64,000 nucleotides of DNA, taken from Prevotella sp. UBA746. Lineage in GTDB: Bacteria; Bacteroidota; Bacteroidia; Bacteroidales; Bacteroidaceae. The position numbers were made by a program, and so were the translations under genes. The stretch spans positions 187 to 64,186 of the forward strand of contig DBKQ01000005.1 in the NCBI GenBank assembly GCA_002298545.1, written 5' to 3'. The notes below the pieces were generated by a model. The model worked only from the letters and a program-made list of their open reading frames with translations, was not told the origin of the DNA and searched no databases. Of the stretch, positions 40,273 to 50,649 are shown piece after piece (the stretch's first letter is position 1; each line of letters starts with the position of its first letter).

Positions 40273-41250
40273 TTACTCCGGCATCCACCCGTCGTTCTGT
40301 CTGAACACGTTTTCGAGTGTTACCTGTGCTGCCTCTTTTTTCGAGAGCTGACGGCTCCAAGTTACACGTGTTTTGGGCGAAGCTCCGGCACCGCGGTTGT
40401 TGTATTCCTCGTAGCGTGCGGTTTTCTCGTTCTGCGGATTGCTCCAGTTGAACCATCCCTCGGGACGTATCTGACTGCCCATCTCGCAATTCATGAACAG
40501 AGTGTGGGCATACGGACGCCATGGTCTGCCGAGATATACTTTCTTCACTCCGTCGGCTGCAATGAGTCGACAATGGTTGAAGACATATCCGTATTTTACG
40601 TTCTGCGGTGTGGAAGCAGCGGTGATATAAGAGTCGATGCGACTAAGGATGGTGCAGTTTTCAAACCATGCCGTTGACGGACCGAAGATAAAATCTGTGG
40701 TACCCTCGATATGGCAGTCTTTGAAATACAGACGGGTGTTGATGCCGCCAGTATAGACAGTGTCCTGATTGCCGAGGATACGGCAGTTTACGAATATGAG
40801 TCGGTCGCCCTGAGTATGTAGGGCAACAGCCTGTCCGAGTCGGGCGGCATTGTTCTCTATGGTCAGGTTCTTGAATGTAATGTCGTTGCCGTCGACACGC
40901 ACGGTATATGTGCGGAAGGTTCCCATCTTACGGTTTGTGCCGGGAATGAAGACATTGGCATGGTCGTCGTATGTTACGACTGTCTTCTCCGGGTCTTCAC
41001 CACAAATCTCTATATTAGTGAGCCACGACGGGATGATAAGTTTCTCCTTGTACGTTCCGTTTTTCACGAAAATCACTTTATGATATTCCATGAAGGCGCG
41101 GCATACCTCAATGGCATCATCGATGTTGCGGAACTCAGCCGTACCGTCGCGAGCCACGAAGAGCGTGTCGGGATTGTCATATTTGTTGGCAGCCTGAACA
41201 GCTGATATGCTTGCCAAGGCGAGCAAAATGGAAAGGAAAAGATTTTTCAT
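40273..41250 (-). CDS. Pectinesterase (CE8)
   Basis: GTYKEK, QAVALH, QDTVY, GTTDFIFG and LGRPW motifs; signal peptide. Confidence 0.95.
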   Translation of the reverse strand: MKNLFLSILLALASISAVQAANKYDNPDTLFVARDGTAEFRNIDDAIEVCRAFMEYHKVIFVKNGTYKEKLIIPSWLTNIEICGEDPEKTVVTYDDHANVFIPGTNRKMGTFRTYTVRVDGNDITFKNLTIENNAARLGQAVALHTQGDRLIFVNCRILGNQDTVYTGGINTRLYFKDCHIEGTTDFIFGPSTAWFENCTILSRIDSYITAASTPQNVKYGYVFNHCRLIAADGVKKVYLGRPWRPYAHTLFMNCEMGSQIRPEGWFNWSNPQNEKTARYEEYNNRGAGASPKTRVTWSRQLSKKEAAQVTLENVFRQNDGWMPE

Positions 41251-41268
41251 TATTGTTGTTGTTGTTGT

Positions 41269-43560
41269 TTATACAGTCTGGTTAACCTCCTGTACGCCTT
41301 TTATTGTTTTTAGATTCTTAATAATTGTCTCCACGTCCGTGCGGTCGTGGATAAGCAGTTCGAAGACTCCAGAGAAGATGCCGTCGTCGCTTGATATGGT
41401 CAGCTTATGGATATTCAGGTCGAACTGTCCGGAGATTACACTTGTCACTTCGTTCAGCATTCCGATGCGGTCGATACCCTTTATTGAAATCGTTGCATCG
41501 AAGAACAGCTTGCGGTGCATGTCCCACTTAGCGTCAAGAATACGGTTGCCGTAGCTCGACTTCAGTTTCGACGCCACCGGACAGGAGCGCTTGTGTATCT
41601 CGATATGGTTTTTGCCGTCGATGTATCCCAAGACGTCATCGCCGGGGATAGGGTGACAGCACGACTTGAAGATATACTGGTGTATATTGTCGTCGTTGAT
41701 ATAGATAGGCTTCTTGCGGTTGAAGTCGGTAGGCAAGACGATGTATTCGTCGGTCTTTTCCGTTTTCTCCGCCTTCTTCTGTTTTCCGAGGAACGGAACA
41801 TAGCGACGCCATCCCTTAACGGTTTCTTCAGTTTTCTTCTTCCCCTTGCCCTGCAGTTCCTTAATGTCCTGCTCACCGAGAATGATAGTCTTCTCGCCAA
41901 GAGCCTGCAACAGCTGTTCATGTTTCTCTATGCCATGCAATGCACATAGCTTGTTCAAGACCGAGAAAGTAACCTCCAGTGAGTTACGCTTCAGGAACTC
42001 GTCAAGAATCTCCTCGCCGCGCTTCTGCACTTCCCTACCCTCGCGGCGCAATATAGCCTGAATCTTAGTCTTAGCCTTTGCCGTTGAAACGAAATTAATC
42101 CACGAGGGCTGTACATGCTGCGAGTTGGATGTGAGAATCTCCACCTGGTCGCCGCTGCTCAGTTTATGGCTCAGCGGCACGAGCTTATGGTTCACCTTGG
42201 CACCGATACAATGACTGCCGAGGAAAGTATGAATCTGGAAAGCGAAATCGAGAGCCGTACATCCAGCCGGCATCGTCTTTATCTCACCCTTCGGCGTGAA
42301 GACAAAAATCTCCGACGCGAAAAGGTTAAGCTTTATGGTGTCGAGGAAATCCATGGCATCCGGCTGCGGATCGTCGAGAATCTCCTTTATCGTGCGAAGC
42401 CAGTTGTTCAGTTCGCCCTCATCCTCGGAGAATTCACCATTTGCCGCCACTCCGTCCTTATATTTCCAATGGGCAGCAAATCCCTGTTCGGCAATCTCGT
42501 CCATGCGCTCGGAACGGATCTGCACTTCGATCCATTTTCCCTGTTTACTCATCAGAGTAACATGGAGAGCCTGATATCCGTTTGCCTTAGGGTGGTTCAC
42601 CCAGTCGCGAAGGCGGTCGGGGTGTGACTTGTAGATCTGACTTATTGCCACATAAATATTAAAGCACTCGTTAACCTCCTCGTCTTTCTTCTTGGGCTTG
42701 AAGATGATGCGAACGGCAAGGATATCATAGATTTGGTCGAACGACACCTGCTTCTGCTGCATCTTGTTCCATATGGAATACGGGCTCTTTACCCTTGCCT
42801 TTATTTTATATTCAAATCCCATCTTGTCGAGAGCCTCACGGATTGGAGCCGTAAAGCTGTCGAAGAGGGAGTCTCTGGATTCCTGAGTGCTGGCAAGTTT
42901 CTCTTCAATCGCCTGATACTGTTCCGGATGTTCAAACTTAAAGCTTAGATTTTCCAGTTCGGTCTTGATATTGTTCAGTCCGAGGCGGTTGGCGAGCGGA
43001 GCGTATATATACAACGTCTCTCCTGCAATCTTATAGCGTTTGTTTGGCGGTTGCCCGTCGAGGGTACGCATATTGTGAAGACGGTCGCATATCTTGATAA
43101 GGATAACACGAATGTCGTCGCTCATCATAAGCAACAGCTTCTTGAAGTTCTCTGCCTGTGCCGATGCCTGTTCACCGAAGATTCCGCCAGAAATCTTAGT
43201 CAGGCCGTCGACAATCTGCGCAATCTTCGGACCGAACATGTTCTGTATATCCTCTACGGTATAATCAGTATCCTCCACTACATCGTGTAGCAATGCGGCA
43301 CTGATACTTGTGGAGCCGAGTCCCATCTCCGAGCAGGCAATCTGCGCCACGGCGATAGGGTGCATGATATACGGTTCGCCCGACAGGCGTCGCACACCTT
43401 TATGCGCCTGTCTTGCAAAGTTGAAGGCTTTAGTTATGATGTCCACCTTCTTTCTATGGCGCGACGCCAAATAGCTGTCGAGTAGATGACGGAAGGCGTC
43501 ATCCACCATTTTTGCATCGGCAGCTTCCCTCTCCTTGTCTGGATTTAATTGTTCACCCAT
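41269..43560 (-). CDS. relA: Bifunctional (p)ppGpp synthetase/hydrolase, RelA/SpoT family
   Basis: HD motif LLHDVVED, DRLHNMRT, YQALH, EVQIR, TGS (FTPKG...DFAF) and C-terminal ACT domain. Confidence 0.93.
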   Translation of the reverse strand: MGEQLNPDKEREAADAKMVDDAFRHLLDSYLASRHRKKVDIITKAFNFARQAHKGVRRLSGEPYIMHPIAVAQIACSEMGLGSTSISAALLHDVVEDTDYTVEDIQNMFGPKIAQIVDGLTKISGGIFGEQASAQAENFKKLLLMMSDDIRVILIKICDRLHNMRTLDGQPPNKRYKIAGETLYIYAPLANRLGLNNIKTELENLSFKFEHPEQYQAIEEKLASTQESRDSLFDSFTAPIREALDKMGFEYKIKARVKSPYSIWNKMQQKQVSFDQIYDILAVRIIFKPKKKDEEVNECFNIYVAISQIYKSHPDRLRDWVNHPKANGYQALHVTLMSKQGKWIEVQIRSERMDEIAEQGFAAHWKYKDGVAANGEFSEDEGELNNWLRTIKEILDDPQPDAMDFLDTIKLNLFASEIFVFTPKGEIKTMPAGCTALDFAFQIHTFLGSHCIGAKVNHKLVPLSHKLSSGDQVEILTSNSQHVQPSWINFVSTAKAKTKIQAILRREGREVQKRGEEILDEFLKRNSLEVTFSVLNKLCALHGIEKHEQLLQALGEKTIILGEQDIKELQGKGKKKTEETVKGWRRYVPFLGKQKKAEKTEKTDEYIVLPTDFNRKKPIYINDDNIHQYIFKSCCHPIPGDDVLGYIDGKNHIEIHKRSCPVASKLKSSYGNRILDAKWDMHRKLFFDATISIKGIDRIGMLNEVTSVISGQFDLNIHKLTISSDDGIFSGVFELLIHDRTDVETIIKNLKTIKGVQEVNQTV

Positions 43561-43600
43561 AATATTCAGACATTTAATTGTTAATGGATGCGGTGAGTTT

Positions 43601-44971
43601 TTACTTCACCTTTATCTTCTTTCCGGCACGGATATTATTACCCTTTATACCGTTGAGCTTACGAAGTTTCTTTACGGTAGTGTGGTTTCTCTCGGCTATC
43701 TCCGAGAGAGTGTCGCCGTTTCTTACCTTCACGCTCTTTGTTCTCTCCTTGTTCTTGCGTCCTTTCTTTCTGCGGCGGTCTCTGTCTTTCGAACTGCGGG
43801 AGCTCTTTGAGCTGCGGGAATATGTTTTCTTAGAAGACGAATATCGCGGCTGACTCTCTTCTGCCACTTCTACGAGCGAGCGGCGGGTAAAGAGCTGGTC
43901 TGCCTGATAATTGCAAATAGAGTCCTCATTGGTAATAAACGAGTTCACTACGGCAATAGGCAGTCGGATTGACGAGAGCTTTGAACTGCCGTTTACTATA
44001 TCGCGGCGATACTGCGGATTAAGAGCCCGAAGCTCCTCGATGTCTACTCCGCAGACATCGGCAATCTGCTTGAAATGCACATCGCGGCTAACCTGCACAG
44101 TATCGGTCTTTGCCGGCAGTGTGGTACGCATCGGACAGATGTTATGCTCGCAATAATACGTCATTACATAGTTTGCGGCTATAAATGCCGGAACGTATCC
44201 CTTTGTCTCGCGCGGAAGATAAGGATATATAGTCCAATAGTCAGTCTCTCCGTTTGAGCGCTGTATTGCCTTGCGCACATTCTCCGGTCCACAGTTGTAT
44301 GCAGCAATAACGAGGCTCCAGTCGCCATAAATTCTATACAGGTCGCGCAGATATCTTGCTGCGGCATACGACGACTTCACCGGGTCGCGACGCTCATCGA
44401 CGAGCGAATTAATCTCCAGTCCATACTGCTTGCCAGTTGACGGCATAAACTGCCACAATCCGGCAGCACCGACCCTTGACACGGCTTTCGGGTTGAGCGC
44501 CGACTCGATAACCGGAAGATACTTCAGTTCGAGCGGAACGCCATAAGCCTCGAGGGCATCCTCAAAGATTGGCATATAGAAATTTGATGCCCCGAGCATA
44601 TAGCCTACGGAACGGCGCAGACGACCGGTGTATCTGTCGATAAACTTCTGCACTATTTCGTTGTAAGGCATCTCCATAATATTCGGCAGCCTCTTCAACC
44701 GGTCGATATAAACCTCCTTGTCGTAAGTTCTGTTCTCGTCGCGGTAGTTGCAGTCGCCATCCTCTTTCAGATATTTCTTTGAGTAATACTCCTGCAACAG
44801 GTTATCAAACTCTGTATCCATAGACTCCGGCACATCGATGATTTCCTCGTTGCCATCCTTGTCTTTTACTTTTATTTCCTTTTCATCATCGGTCTGGGCA
44901 TACAGCATGTTGCTGCCTCCTAAGAGGAGGGCGGCTGCAAAAGCCAGACTTTTTATATTTATTTTTATCAT
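43601..44971 (-). CDS. mltD: Lytic transglycosylase, MltD-like (SLT + LysM)
   Basis: VIESALNP, AAGLWQFM, AAYNCG, LPRETKGYV and C-terminal LysM. Start placed at MIKINIK. Confidence 0.88.
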   Translation of the reverse strand: MIKINIKSLAFAAALLLGGSNMLYAQTDDEKEIKVKDKDGNEEIIDVPESMDTEFDNLLQEYYSKKYLKEDGDCNYRDENRTYDKEVYIDRLKRLPNIMEMPYNEIVQKFIDRYTGRLRRSVGYMLGASNFYMPIFEDALEAYGVPLELKYLPVIESALNPKAVSRVGAAGLWQFMPSTGKQYGLEINSLVDERRDPVKSSYAAARYLRDLYRIYGDWSLVIAAYNCGPENVRKAIQRSNGETDYWTIYPYLPRETKGYVPAFIAANYVMTYYCEHNICPMRTTLPAKTDTVQVSRDVHFKQIADVCGVDIEELRALNPQYRRDIVNGSSKLSSIRLPIAVVNSFITNEDSICNYQADQLFTRRSLVEVAEESQPRYSSSKKTYSRSSKSSRSSKDRDRRRKKGRKNKERTKSVKVRNGDTLSEIAERNHTTVKKLRKLNGIKGNNIRAGKKIKVK

Positions 44972-45090
44972 CTTCTTGTTTTTTTTCTGGGAGAGATTTT
45001 TTTGAAGGGTCGGAGAGAGCTGAGAGGGCTGAGAGTTCTGGGAGTTCTGAGAGAACTGGGAGAACCGATAACTCTGAACTATCAGAAAGC

Positions 45091-45915
45091 TCAGAAGTTC
45101 AGCGAGCACTGCAGTCCGAGAGACGAGCTCTTCACCGGGTTAGCCGATGAATGGTTGTTGATAACCGACGGCTCTATCCTAAGACTCAAATCTTTAGAAA
45201 TATCAAACTGCGACAGTGAGGCATCAACATAAGCATCTATAACCGACAGGGCATAAACTCCTATCAAGCAGAAGATGCTCAAGTCGCGATACTTGCGGTA
45301 ATAGTCTTTGCGGCGCTTAAACAGGTTTTGGTATCTCTCCTTGTTTTCATCCGTTATCTGCATACCAAGATGCAGGAACTGGTTATAGCTCTGCGTATTC
45401 GGATCATCGTCCATTATATCCATGTAAGCCTGAGAATAGTCGCGAAACATCTGGTTGTTCCATCTCCAGGCATACGCACATCCAAGAATTCCTCCATATA
45501 CGATAGGCAGTTTCCAGTATTTCCTGTTGTATATCTGTCCGGCACCCGGCAGCACTATCGCAAGCCACATGGCGCGCTTAGGATCAGGAGCCCATGTTGC
45601 CCAATCGCGCTTCACCTTTTTCTTCGACATGGCAGAAAGGCTGTCCACCTTATTATATATAAGGGTGTCGGAAGAGTCGGATGTATAAGAGTTATAAGAC
45701 TCATAAGACATACAAGACTCATATGACAACTCGGATGGCTTCGAGAAACCAGAGAAGTCAGAGCAGCCTTGCAGTTCCGACAAAGTCGAGGATTCCGACT
45801 GTCGTACTATCGGTTCCTCAGCCCATACAGTCGCTGAAGCGACAACAGCCACGAGGCAAGAGAATATTCTTCTAATGTTGCTATACACGCTAAGCCGGAT
45901 TAAATTATCATTCAT
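45091..45915 (-). CDS. DUF5683 membrane protein
   Basis: PDPKRA..LAIVLPGAGQIYNRKYWKLP and IDAYVDASL motifs; conserved position after parB. Confidence 0.85.
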   Translation of the reverse strand: MNDNLIRLSVYSNIRRIFSCLVAVVASATVWAEEPIVRQSESSTLSELQGCSDFSGFSKPSELSYESCMSYESYNSYTSDSSDTLIYNKVDSLSAMSKKKVKRDWATWAPDPKRAMWLAIVLPGAGQIYNRKYWKLPIVYGGILGCAYAWRWNNQMFRDYSQAYMDIMDDDPNTQSYNQFLHLGMQITDENKERYQNLFKRRKDYYRKYRDLSIFCLIGVYALSVIDAYVDASLSQFDISKDLSLRIEPSVINNHSSANPVKSSSLGLQCSLNF

Positions 45916-46798
45916 GCGTTTTATCAAGAACCGCCAGGATATGTTCCAGTTCCTCGGCATTGGCAAACGGAATACTGATTTTCCCCTTTCCCTTTGCAGA
46001 ACAGGTCATCTGCACTTTTGTAGAGAAGAATGTTGACAGCTTTTCCTTCAGCACATTGAATTCCTCCGGCAACGGGTTGTTGGAAGCAATCACCTTCTTT
46101 CCGCTTACAACATTCTCGCCGCTGTTCAGCTGTTTTGCTATTTCCTCTACCTTACGAACAGAATATCCGTTTTTCTGTATTTCCTTAAACACCTTTATCT
46201 GCAGCGACGGAGAGTCGATGGAGAGCAGCGCACGAGCATGCCCCATATCAATCTCCTTCTTCTGCAGAGCCATCTGCACCTGAGCCGGCAGTTTCAGCAA
46301 GCGCAGGTAATTGGTAATTGCCGTTCGGCTCTTCCCCACACGCTCCGACACCTTTTCCTGTGTCATACCGGTATTCGAGAGAAGATGTTCATACGCCAAA
46401 GCAATTTCGATAGCATTAAGATCCTCTCGCTGGATATTCTCCACGAGAGCCATCTCCATTACATTCTCGTCCTTTATAGTACGGATATAAGCAGGGATAG
46501 CTGTCAGCCCTGCTATCTGAGATGCACGCCAGCGTCGCTCGCCGGCAATAATCTGGTATTTTTCGTCATCGACCTGCCTTAGGGTAATCGGCTGAATTAT
46601 TCCAATCTCCCGAATACTGTTGGCAAGTTCCTGCAAAGCCTCCTGATCAAACTCCCTTCGTGGCTGATTTGGATTAGCCTCTATCTTGTCGATGTCAATT
46701 TCATTAATCGTTGAGCTTCCCTGAGGACGCACGTCATCAGTTGATATAAGGGCGTCGAGTCCACGTCCCAAAGCGCTATATCTCTTATGTACTCCCAT
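45908..46798 (-). CDS. parB: ParB/Spo0J partition protein
   Basis: ALGRGLDAL, NPNQPR, IIAGERRWRA and ENIQREDL motifs. Confidence 0.95.
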   Translation of the reverse strand: MGVHKRYSALGRGLDALISTDDVRPQGSSTINEIDIDKIEANPNQPRREFDQEALQELANSIREIGIIQPITLRQVDDEKYQIIAGERRWRASQIAGLTAIPAYIRTIKDENVMEMALVENIQREDLNAIEIALAYEHLLSNTGMTQEKVSERVGKSRTAITNYLRLLKLPAQVQMALQKKEIDMGHARALLSIDSPSLQIKVFKEIQKNGYSVRKVEEIAKQLNSGENVVSGKKVIASNNPLPEEFNVLKEKLSTFFSTKVQMTCSAKGKGKISIPFANAEELEHILAVLDKTHE

Positions 46799-46812
46799 TT
46801 ATATATTTACGT

Positions 46813-47586
46813 TTACTTACTTTGTTCGTTTTTGTTTATAATTTCCTTAGCCAATGCAAGATGGTTCTTGCTTCCTGTAGAGTCGGCATCATATAGGATA
46901 ACAGGCAGTCCGTGGCTTGGCGACTCACTGAGCTTTACGTTTCGCTGTATCACAGTTTTGAACACCAGTTCCTGGAAATGGCGTTTTACTTCATAGTAAA
47001 TCTGATTGGCAAGACGTAGACGACTGTCATACATCGTCAAGAGGAAACCCTCAATCTCAAGTTTCGGATTCAGTTTGCTTTTTATGATTTTTATAGTATT
47101 AAGCAGCTTGCTGATTCCTTCAAGGGCAAAATACTCACACTGTACAGGAATAATGACAGAATCGGCGGCAGTCAGCGCATTGACAGTGATAAGACCGAGC
47201 GACGGAGAGCAGTCTATCAGGATATAGTCATAATCTCCTCTTATAGGCTGCAGCAAACGCTTTATCACCTGTTCGCGATGGTCAAGGTTGAGCATTTCTA
47301 TTTCTGCGCCCACGAGGTCGATATGACTCGGTATTATGTCCAGTCCGTCGATATCGGTTGTATACACAGCATCCCTAACGTCGGCGTGGTCAATGATACA
47401 CTCGTATAGAGAACAGTCAATATCCTTGGAGTTAACGCCGAGACCGCTCGAAGCGTTAGCCTGTGGGTCGGCATCGATTACGAGTACTTTTTTCTCGAGC
47501 GTTGCCAGCGAAGCAGCGAGGTTTATCGTGGTAGTAGTCTTTCCCACTCCACCCTTTTGGTTTGCCAATGCTATTATTTTTCCCAT
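46813..47586 (-). CDS. parA: ParA/Soj ATPase
   Basis: ANQKGGVGKTTT, DADPQAN and IPVQCEYFALEG motifs. Confidence 0.95.
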   Translation of the reverse strand: MGKIIALANQKGGVGKTTTTINLAASLATLEKKVLVIDADPQANASSGLGVNSKDIDCSLYECIIDHADVRDAVYTTDIDGLDIIPSHIDLVGAEIEMLNLDHREQVIKRLLQPIRGDYDYILIDCSPSLGLITVNALTAADSVIIPVQCEYFALEGISKLLNTIKIIKSKLNPKLEIEGFLLTMYDSRLRLANQIYYEVKRHFQELVFKTVIQRNVKLSESPSHGLPVILYDADSTGSKNHLALAKEIINKNEQSK

Positions 47587-47739
47587 TTTATTCTTTCAAT
47601 TATTGCAATAATAAGGTAATGCAGCCTAAGGAAACTGTCATTTCATGCTATTTATGACTGCAAAGATACATATTATTATGTGATAATCGGCGGATTTAAA
47701 CCTTTTTTCGTACTTTTGCAAGCAAAAGAATTTTAATTT

Positions 47740-48507
47740 ATGAAAAATAAAAGACCTTTAATACTGATTTCCAACGATGACGGGTATGATGCAAAGGGCA
47801 TAACAAGCTTGATTGAATATGTTCGCGGATTTGGCGATGTTATCGTTTGCGCCCCCGAATCGGCACGTTCCGGTTTCTCCTGCGCTTTCTCTTCTGAAAT
47901 GCCATTAAGGCTTTCTCTGAAGCGTAAGGAAGAGCATCTGCAGGTTTGGGCATGCAATGGCACACCGGTGGACTGCACGAAGATGGCTTTCAGTCAGCTA
48001 TGCGACAGGCGTCCCGATTTGGTTCTCAGCGGAATAAACCACGGCGACAATGCTTCTGTAAACACCCATTACAGCGGTACTATGGGAGTAGCTCGGGAGG
48101 GATGCATGAAAGGTGTTCCGTCGATCGCTTTCTCTCTATGCAACTATGATGCCGATGCTGACTTCAGTGCCACATCGAGGATTATAAAGATTATCACCGG
48201 AAGGGTTCTTGAAGAAGGTCTGCCAAAGAATGTTTGTTTGAACGTCAACTTCCCTAATATCAAGGAGTTCCGAGGGGTAAAGGTTTGCAGAATGTGTAAC
48301 GGTATCTGGGAAAACGAGGTCGTAAAGCAACGTCATCCAAGAGGATACGACAACTACTGGATGGTTGGAGAATTCAGGGATACGGAACCTGATGCCGAGG
48401 ATACCGACGAATGGGCTCTCGCTAACGGATATGTGGCTATTACTCCTACAACTATAGACATTACCGCTTATCAGGCTATGGAAAAGATTAGGGAATGGGG
48501 GATTTGA
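47740..48507 (+). CDS. surE: 5'/3'-nucleotidase SurE
   Basis: LISNDDG, GTPVDC, SGINHGDN and YSGT motifs. Confidence 0.95.
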   Translation: MKNKRPLILISNDDGYDAKGITSLIEYVRGFGDVIVCAPESARSGFSCAFSSEMPLRLSLKRKEEHLQVWACNGTPVDCTKMAFSQLCDRRPDLVLSGINHGDNASVNTHYSGTMGVAREGCMKGVPSIAFSLCNYDADADFSATSRIIKIITGRVLEEGLPKNVCLNVNFPNIKEFRGVKVCRMCNGIWENEVVKQRHPRGYDNYWMVGEFRDTEPDAEDTDEWALANGYVAITPTTIDITAYQAMEKIREWGI

Positions 48508-48593
48508 AAGATTGAAAGATTGAAAGATTGAAAAAGTGAAAGATTGAAACGTTGAAAAAGTGAAAGATTGAAAAACGTTGAAAGATTGAGAAA
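48504..48593 (+). repeat. Degenerate octamer tandem repeat (TTGAAAGA)n
   Basis: About 11 imperfect units beginning at the surE stop codon. Confidence 0.85.
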
Positions 48594-48614
48594 CTAAAAT
48601 GGTGGAAGAGTAAA

Positions 48615-49784
48615 ATGAAATACTATCTTATTGCCGGTGAAGCAAGTGGAGACCTTCATGCCTCGCATCTTATGCAGGCTCTGAAAGATAAAGACCCGGA
48701 GACACAGTTCCGCTTCTTCGGCGGAGACCTCATGTCTGCCGTCGGCGGAACACGCGTTAAACACTACCGCGAACTTGCTTATATGGGGTTCATCCCAGTA
48801 CTTATGCATCTGCGCACAATATTCAGCAATATGGCTCTATGCAAGAAAGATATTGCGGAGTATCAGCCTGACGTACTGATACTTATCGACTATCCGGGGT
48901 TTAACCTCAGCATCGCCAAATATATTCACGCTAAGACCAATATCCCTGTATATTATTATATTTCTCCTAAGATATGGGCCTGGAAGGAATATAGGATAAG
49001 GAATATAAAAAGAGATGTTGACGAACTGTTCTCCATCCTGCCATTTGAGATAGACTTTTTCGAAAAGAAACACCACTATCCTATACACTATGTAGGCAAT
49101 CCGACTGCCGATGAAGTGGCTGAATTCAAGACGGGTTACAAAGAAAGTCTCGAAGAGTTCAACAACAGACTCGGACTCGAGAACAAACCTATAATAGCCC
49201 TACTCGCAGGAAGCAGGAAACAGGAAATCAAAGACAACTTGCCATATATGCTGCAAGCGGCAAAAGATGTGGCTAAGGGGAAATACCAAATTGTCGTTGC
49301 CGGTGCACCGGGAATTGACAAGAGTATATACGGCCAGTATCTCAACGGAACGGCAAAGCTCATTAGCGGAGAGACTTATGCATTACTCCAGCAAGCTCGT
49401 GCTGCAGCGGTAACAAGCGGTACGGCAACTCTTGAAACAGCACTTTTCAACGTGCCACAGGTGGTTTGCTACAAGACTCCTATTCCTAAGGTCATCGCCT
49501 TCTTGAAGCGTCATCTTCTGAAGGTGAAATATATATCGCTCGTGAATCTGATAGCTAATCGCAAGGTAGTTACCGAACTCGTTGCCGACTCTTTCAGTAC
49601 GGAAAATATCAAAAATGAACTCGAAAAGATAACCAATGAGGGCAAGGCAAGAGAAAACATGCTTAAAGGTTATGCCGAAATCCACAATATTTTGGGCGAG
49701 AAGCGTGCCGCAGAAAATGCTGCTGACATTATGATTGAAAAGCTGACAAGCGGTGAAGGGAAGGCTAAAAAGGAAAACCTTTAA
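48615..49784 (+). CDS. lpxB: Lipid-A-disaccharide synthase
   Basis: AGEASGD, IDYPGFN, YYISPKIWAW, GSRKQE and SGTATLE motifs. Confidence 0.95.
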   Translation: MKYYLIAGEASGDLHASHLMQALKDKDPETQFRFFGGDLMSAVGGTRVKHYRELAYMGFIPVLMHLRTIFSNMALCKKDIAEYQPDVLILIDYPGFNLSIAKYIHAKTNIPVYYYISPKIWAWKEYRIRNIKRDVDELFSILPFEIDFFEKKHHYPIHYVGNPTADEVAEFKTGYKESLEEFNNRLGLENKPIIALLAGSRKQEIKDNLPYMLQAAKDVAKGKYQIVVAGAPGIDKSIYGQYLNGTAKLISGETYALLQQARAAAVTSGTATLETALFNVPQVVCYKTPIPKVIAFLKRHLLKVKYISLVNLIANRKVVTELVADSFSTENIKNELEKITNEGKARENMLKGYAEIHNILGEKRAAENAADIMIEKLTSGEGKAKKENL

Positions 49785-49849
49785 TAAGGCTATACCTGCC
49801 AGAGGTAGATAAAAAAAACAATTTTATAAAAACAAAGAAAAACAAGATA

Positions 49850-50596
49850 ATGACAAGAGTAAAAATCAAAACAACCGAGGGCGACATCCTGGTTCGCCTC
49901 TACGACGAGACTCCTAAACATCGCGACAACTTCATAAAACTTGCCAAAGAGGGATATTTCGACGGCACTCTGTTCCATCGTGTCATCAAAGACTTCATGA
50001 TTCAGGGGGGAGACCCTGACAGCAAAGGAGCACCTAAAGGCAAGATGCTCGGAACCGGTGGACCGGACTATACGATTCCGGCAGAATTCGTTTACCCGAA
50101 ACTCTTCCACAAGCGCGGTGCCTTGAGCGCAGCACGTCTTGGAGACGAGGTTAACCCTAACAGAGAGAGCAGCGGAAGCCAGTTCTATATTGTTTGGGGA
50201 AAGACATACAAGCCGGCTGAACTAAAGCAAATGGAGAAGCAGTTGGAGATGCAACAGGAACAGGCTATCTTCAACCAGCTTGCAAAGGAAAACCACGACA
50301 AGATTATGGATCTGAGACGCAACCGCGACCGTGCCGGACTTCAAGAACTGCAGGACGAACTTATTGCCGAAACGAAGGCAATAAGCATGGAAAAAGGCAA
50401 GCCTACGTTTACCGATGAACAGCGGGAGACGTATACCACAATTGGCGGAACACCGTTCCTTGACAATCAATATACCGTGTTCGGCGAGGTGGAAGAAGGA
50501 CTTGACGTGGTTGAGAAGATACAAAACTGCGAAACTCTGCGTGGCGACCGTCCTAAGGAGAACGTAAGCATGGAAGTAGAAGTCGTAGAAGAATAA
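49850..50596 (+). CDS. Cyclophilin-type peptidyl-prolyl isomerase
   Basis: FHRVIKDFMIQGGDP, SSGSQFYIV and LDNQYTVFGEV motifs. Confidence 0.93.
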   Translation: MTRVKIKTTEGDILVRLYDETPKHRDNFIKLAKEGYFDGTLFHRVIKDFMIQGGDPDSKGAPKGKMLGTGGPDYTIPAEFVYPKLFHKRGALSAARLGDEVNPNRESSGSQFYIVWGKTYKPAELKQMEKQLEMQQEQAIFNQLAKENHDKIMDLRRNRDRAGLQELQDELIAETKAISMEKGKPTFTDEQRETYTTIGGTPFLDNQYTVFGEVEEGLDVVEKIQNCETLRGDRPKENVSMEVEVVEE

Positions 50597-50649
50597 TGCG
50601 TCTTTATATAATCCAATATCGAGTATCTATGATTTCTTTTTGATACAAG

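Noticed and set aside
40268..40573. 101-aa ORF sharing the C-terminus RRVDAG.I with the STAS protein
   Set aside because: Alternative frame of the pectinesterase; the similarity just reflects the DNA repeat.
45908..47740. parS site or replication origin near parAB
   Set aside because: No GTTTCACGTGAAAC-like palindrome or DnaA-box cluster was seen by eye.
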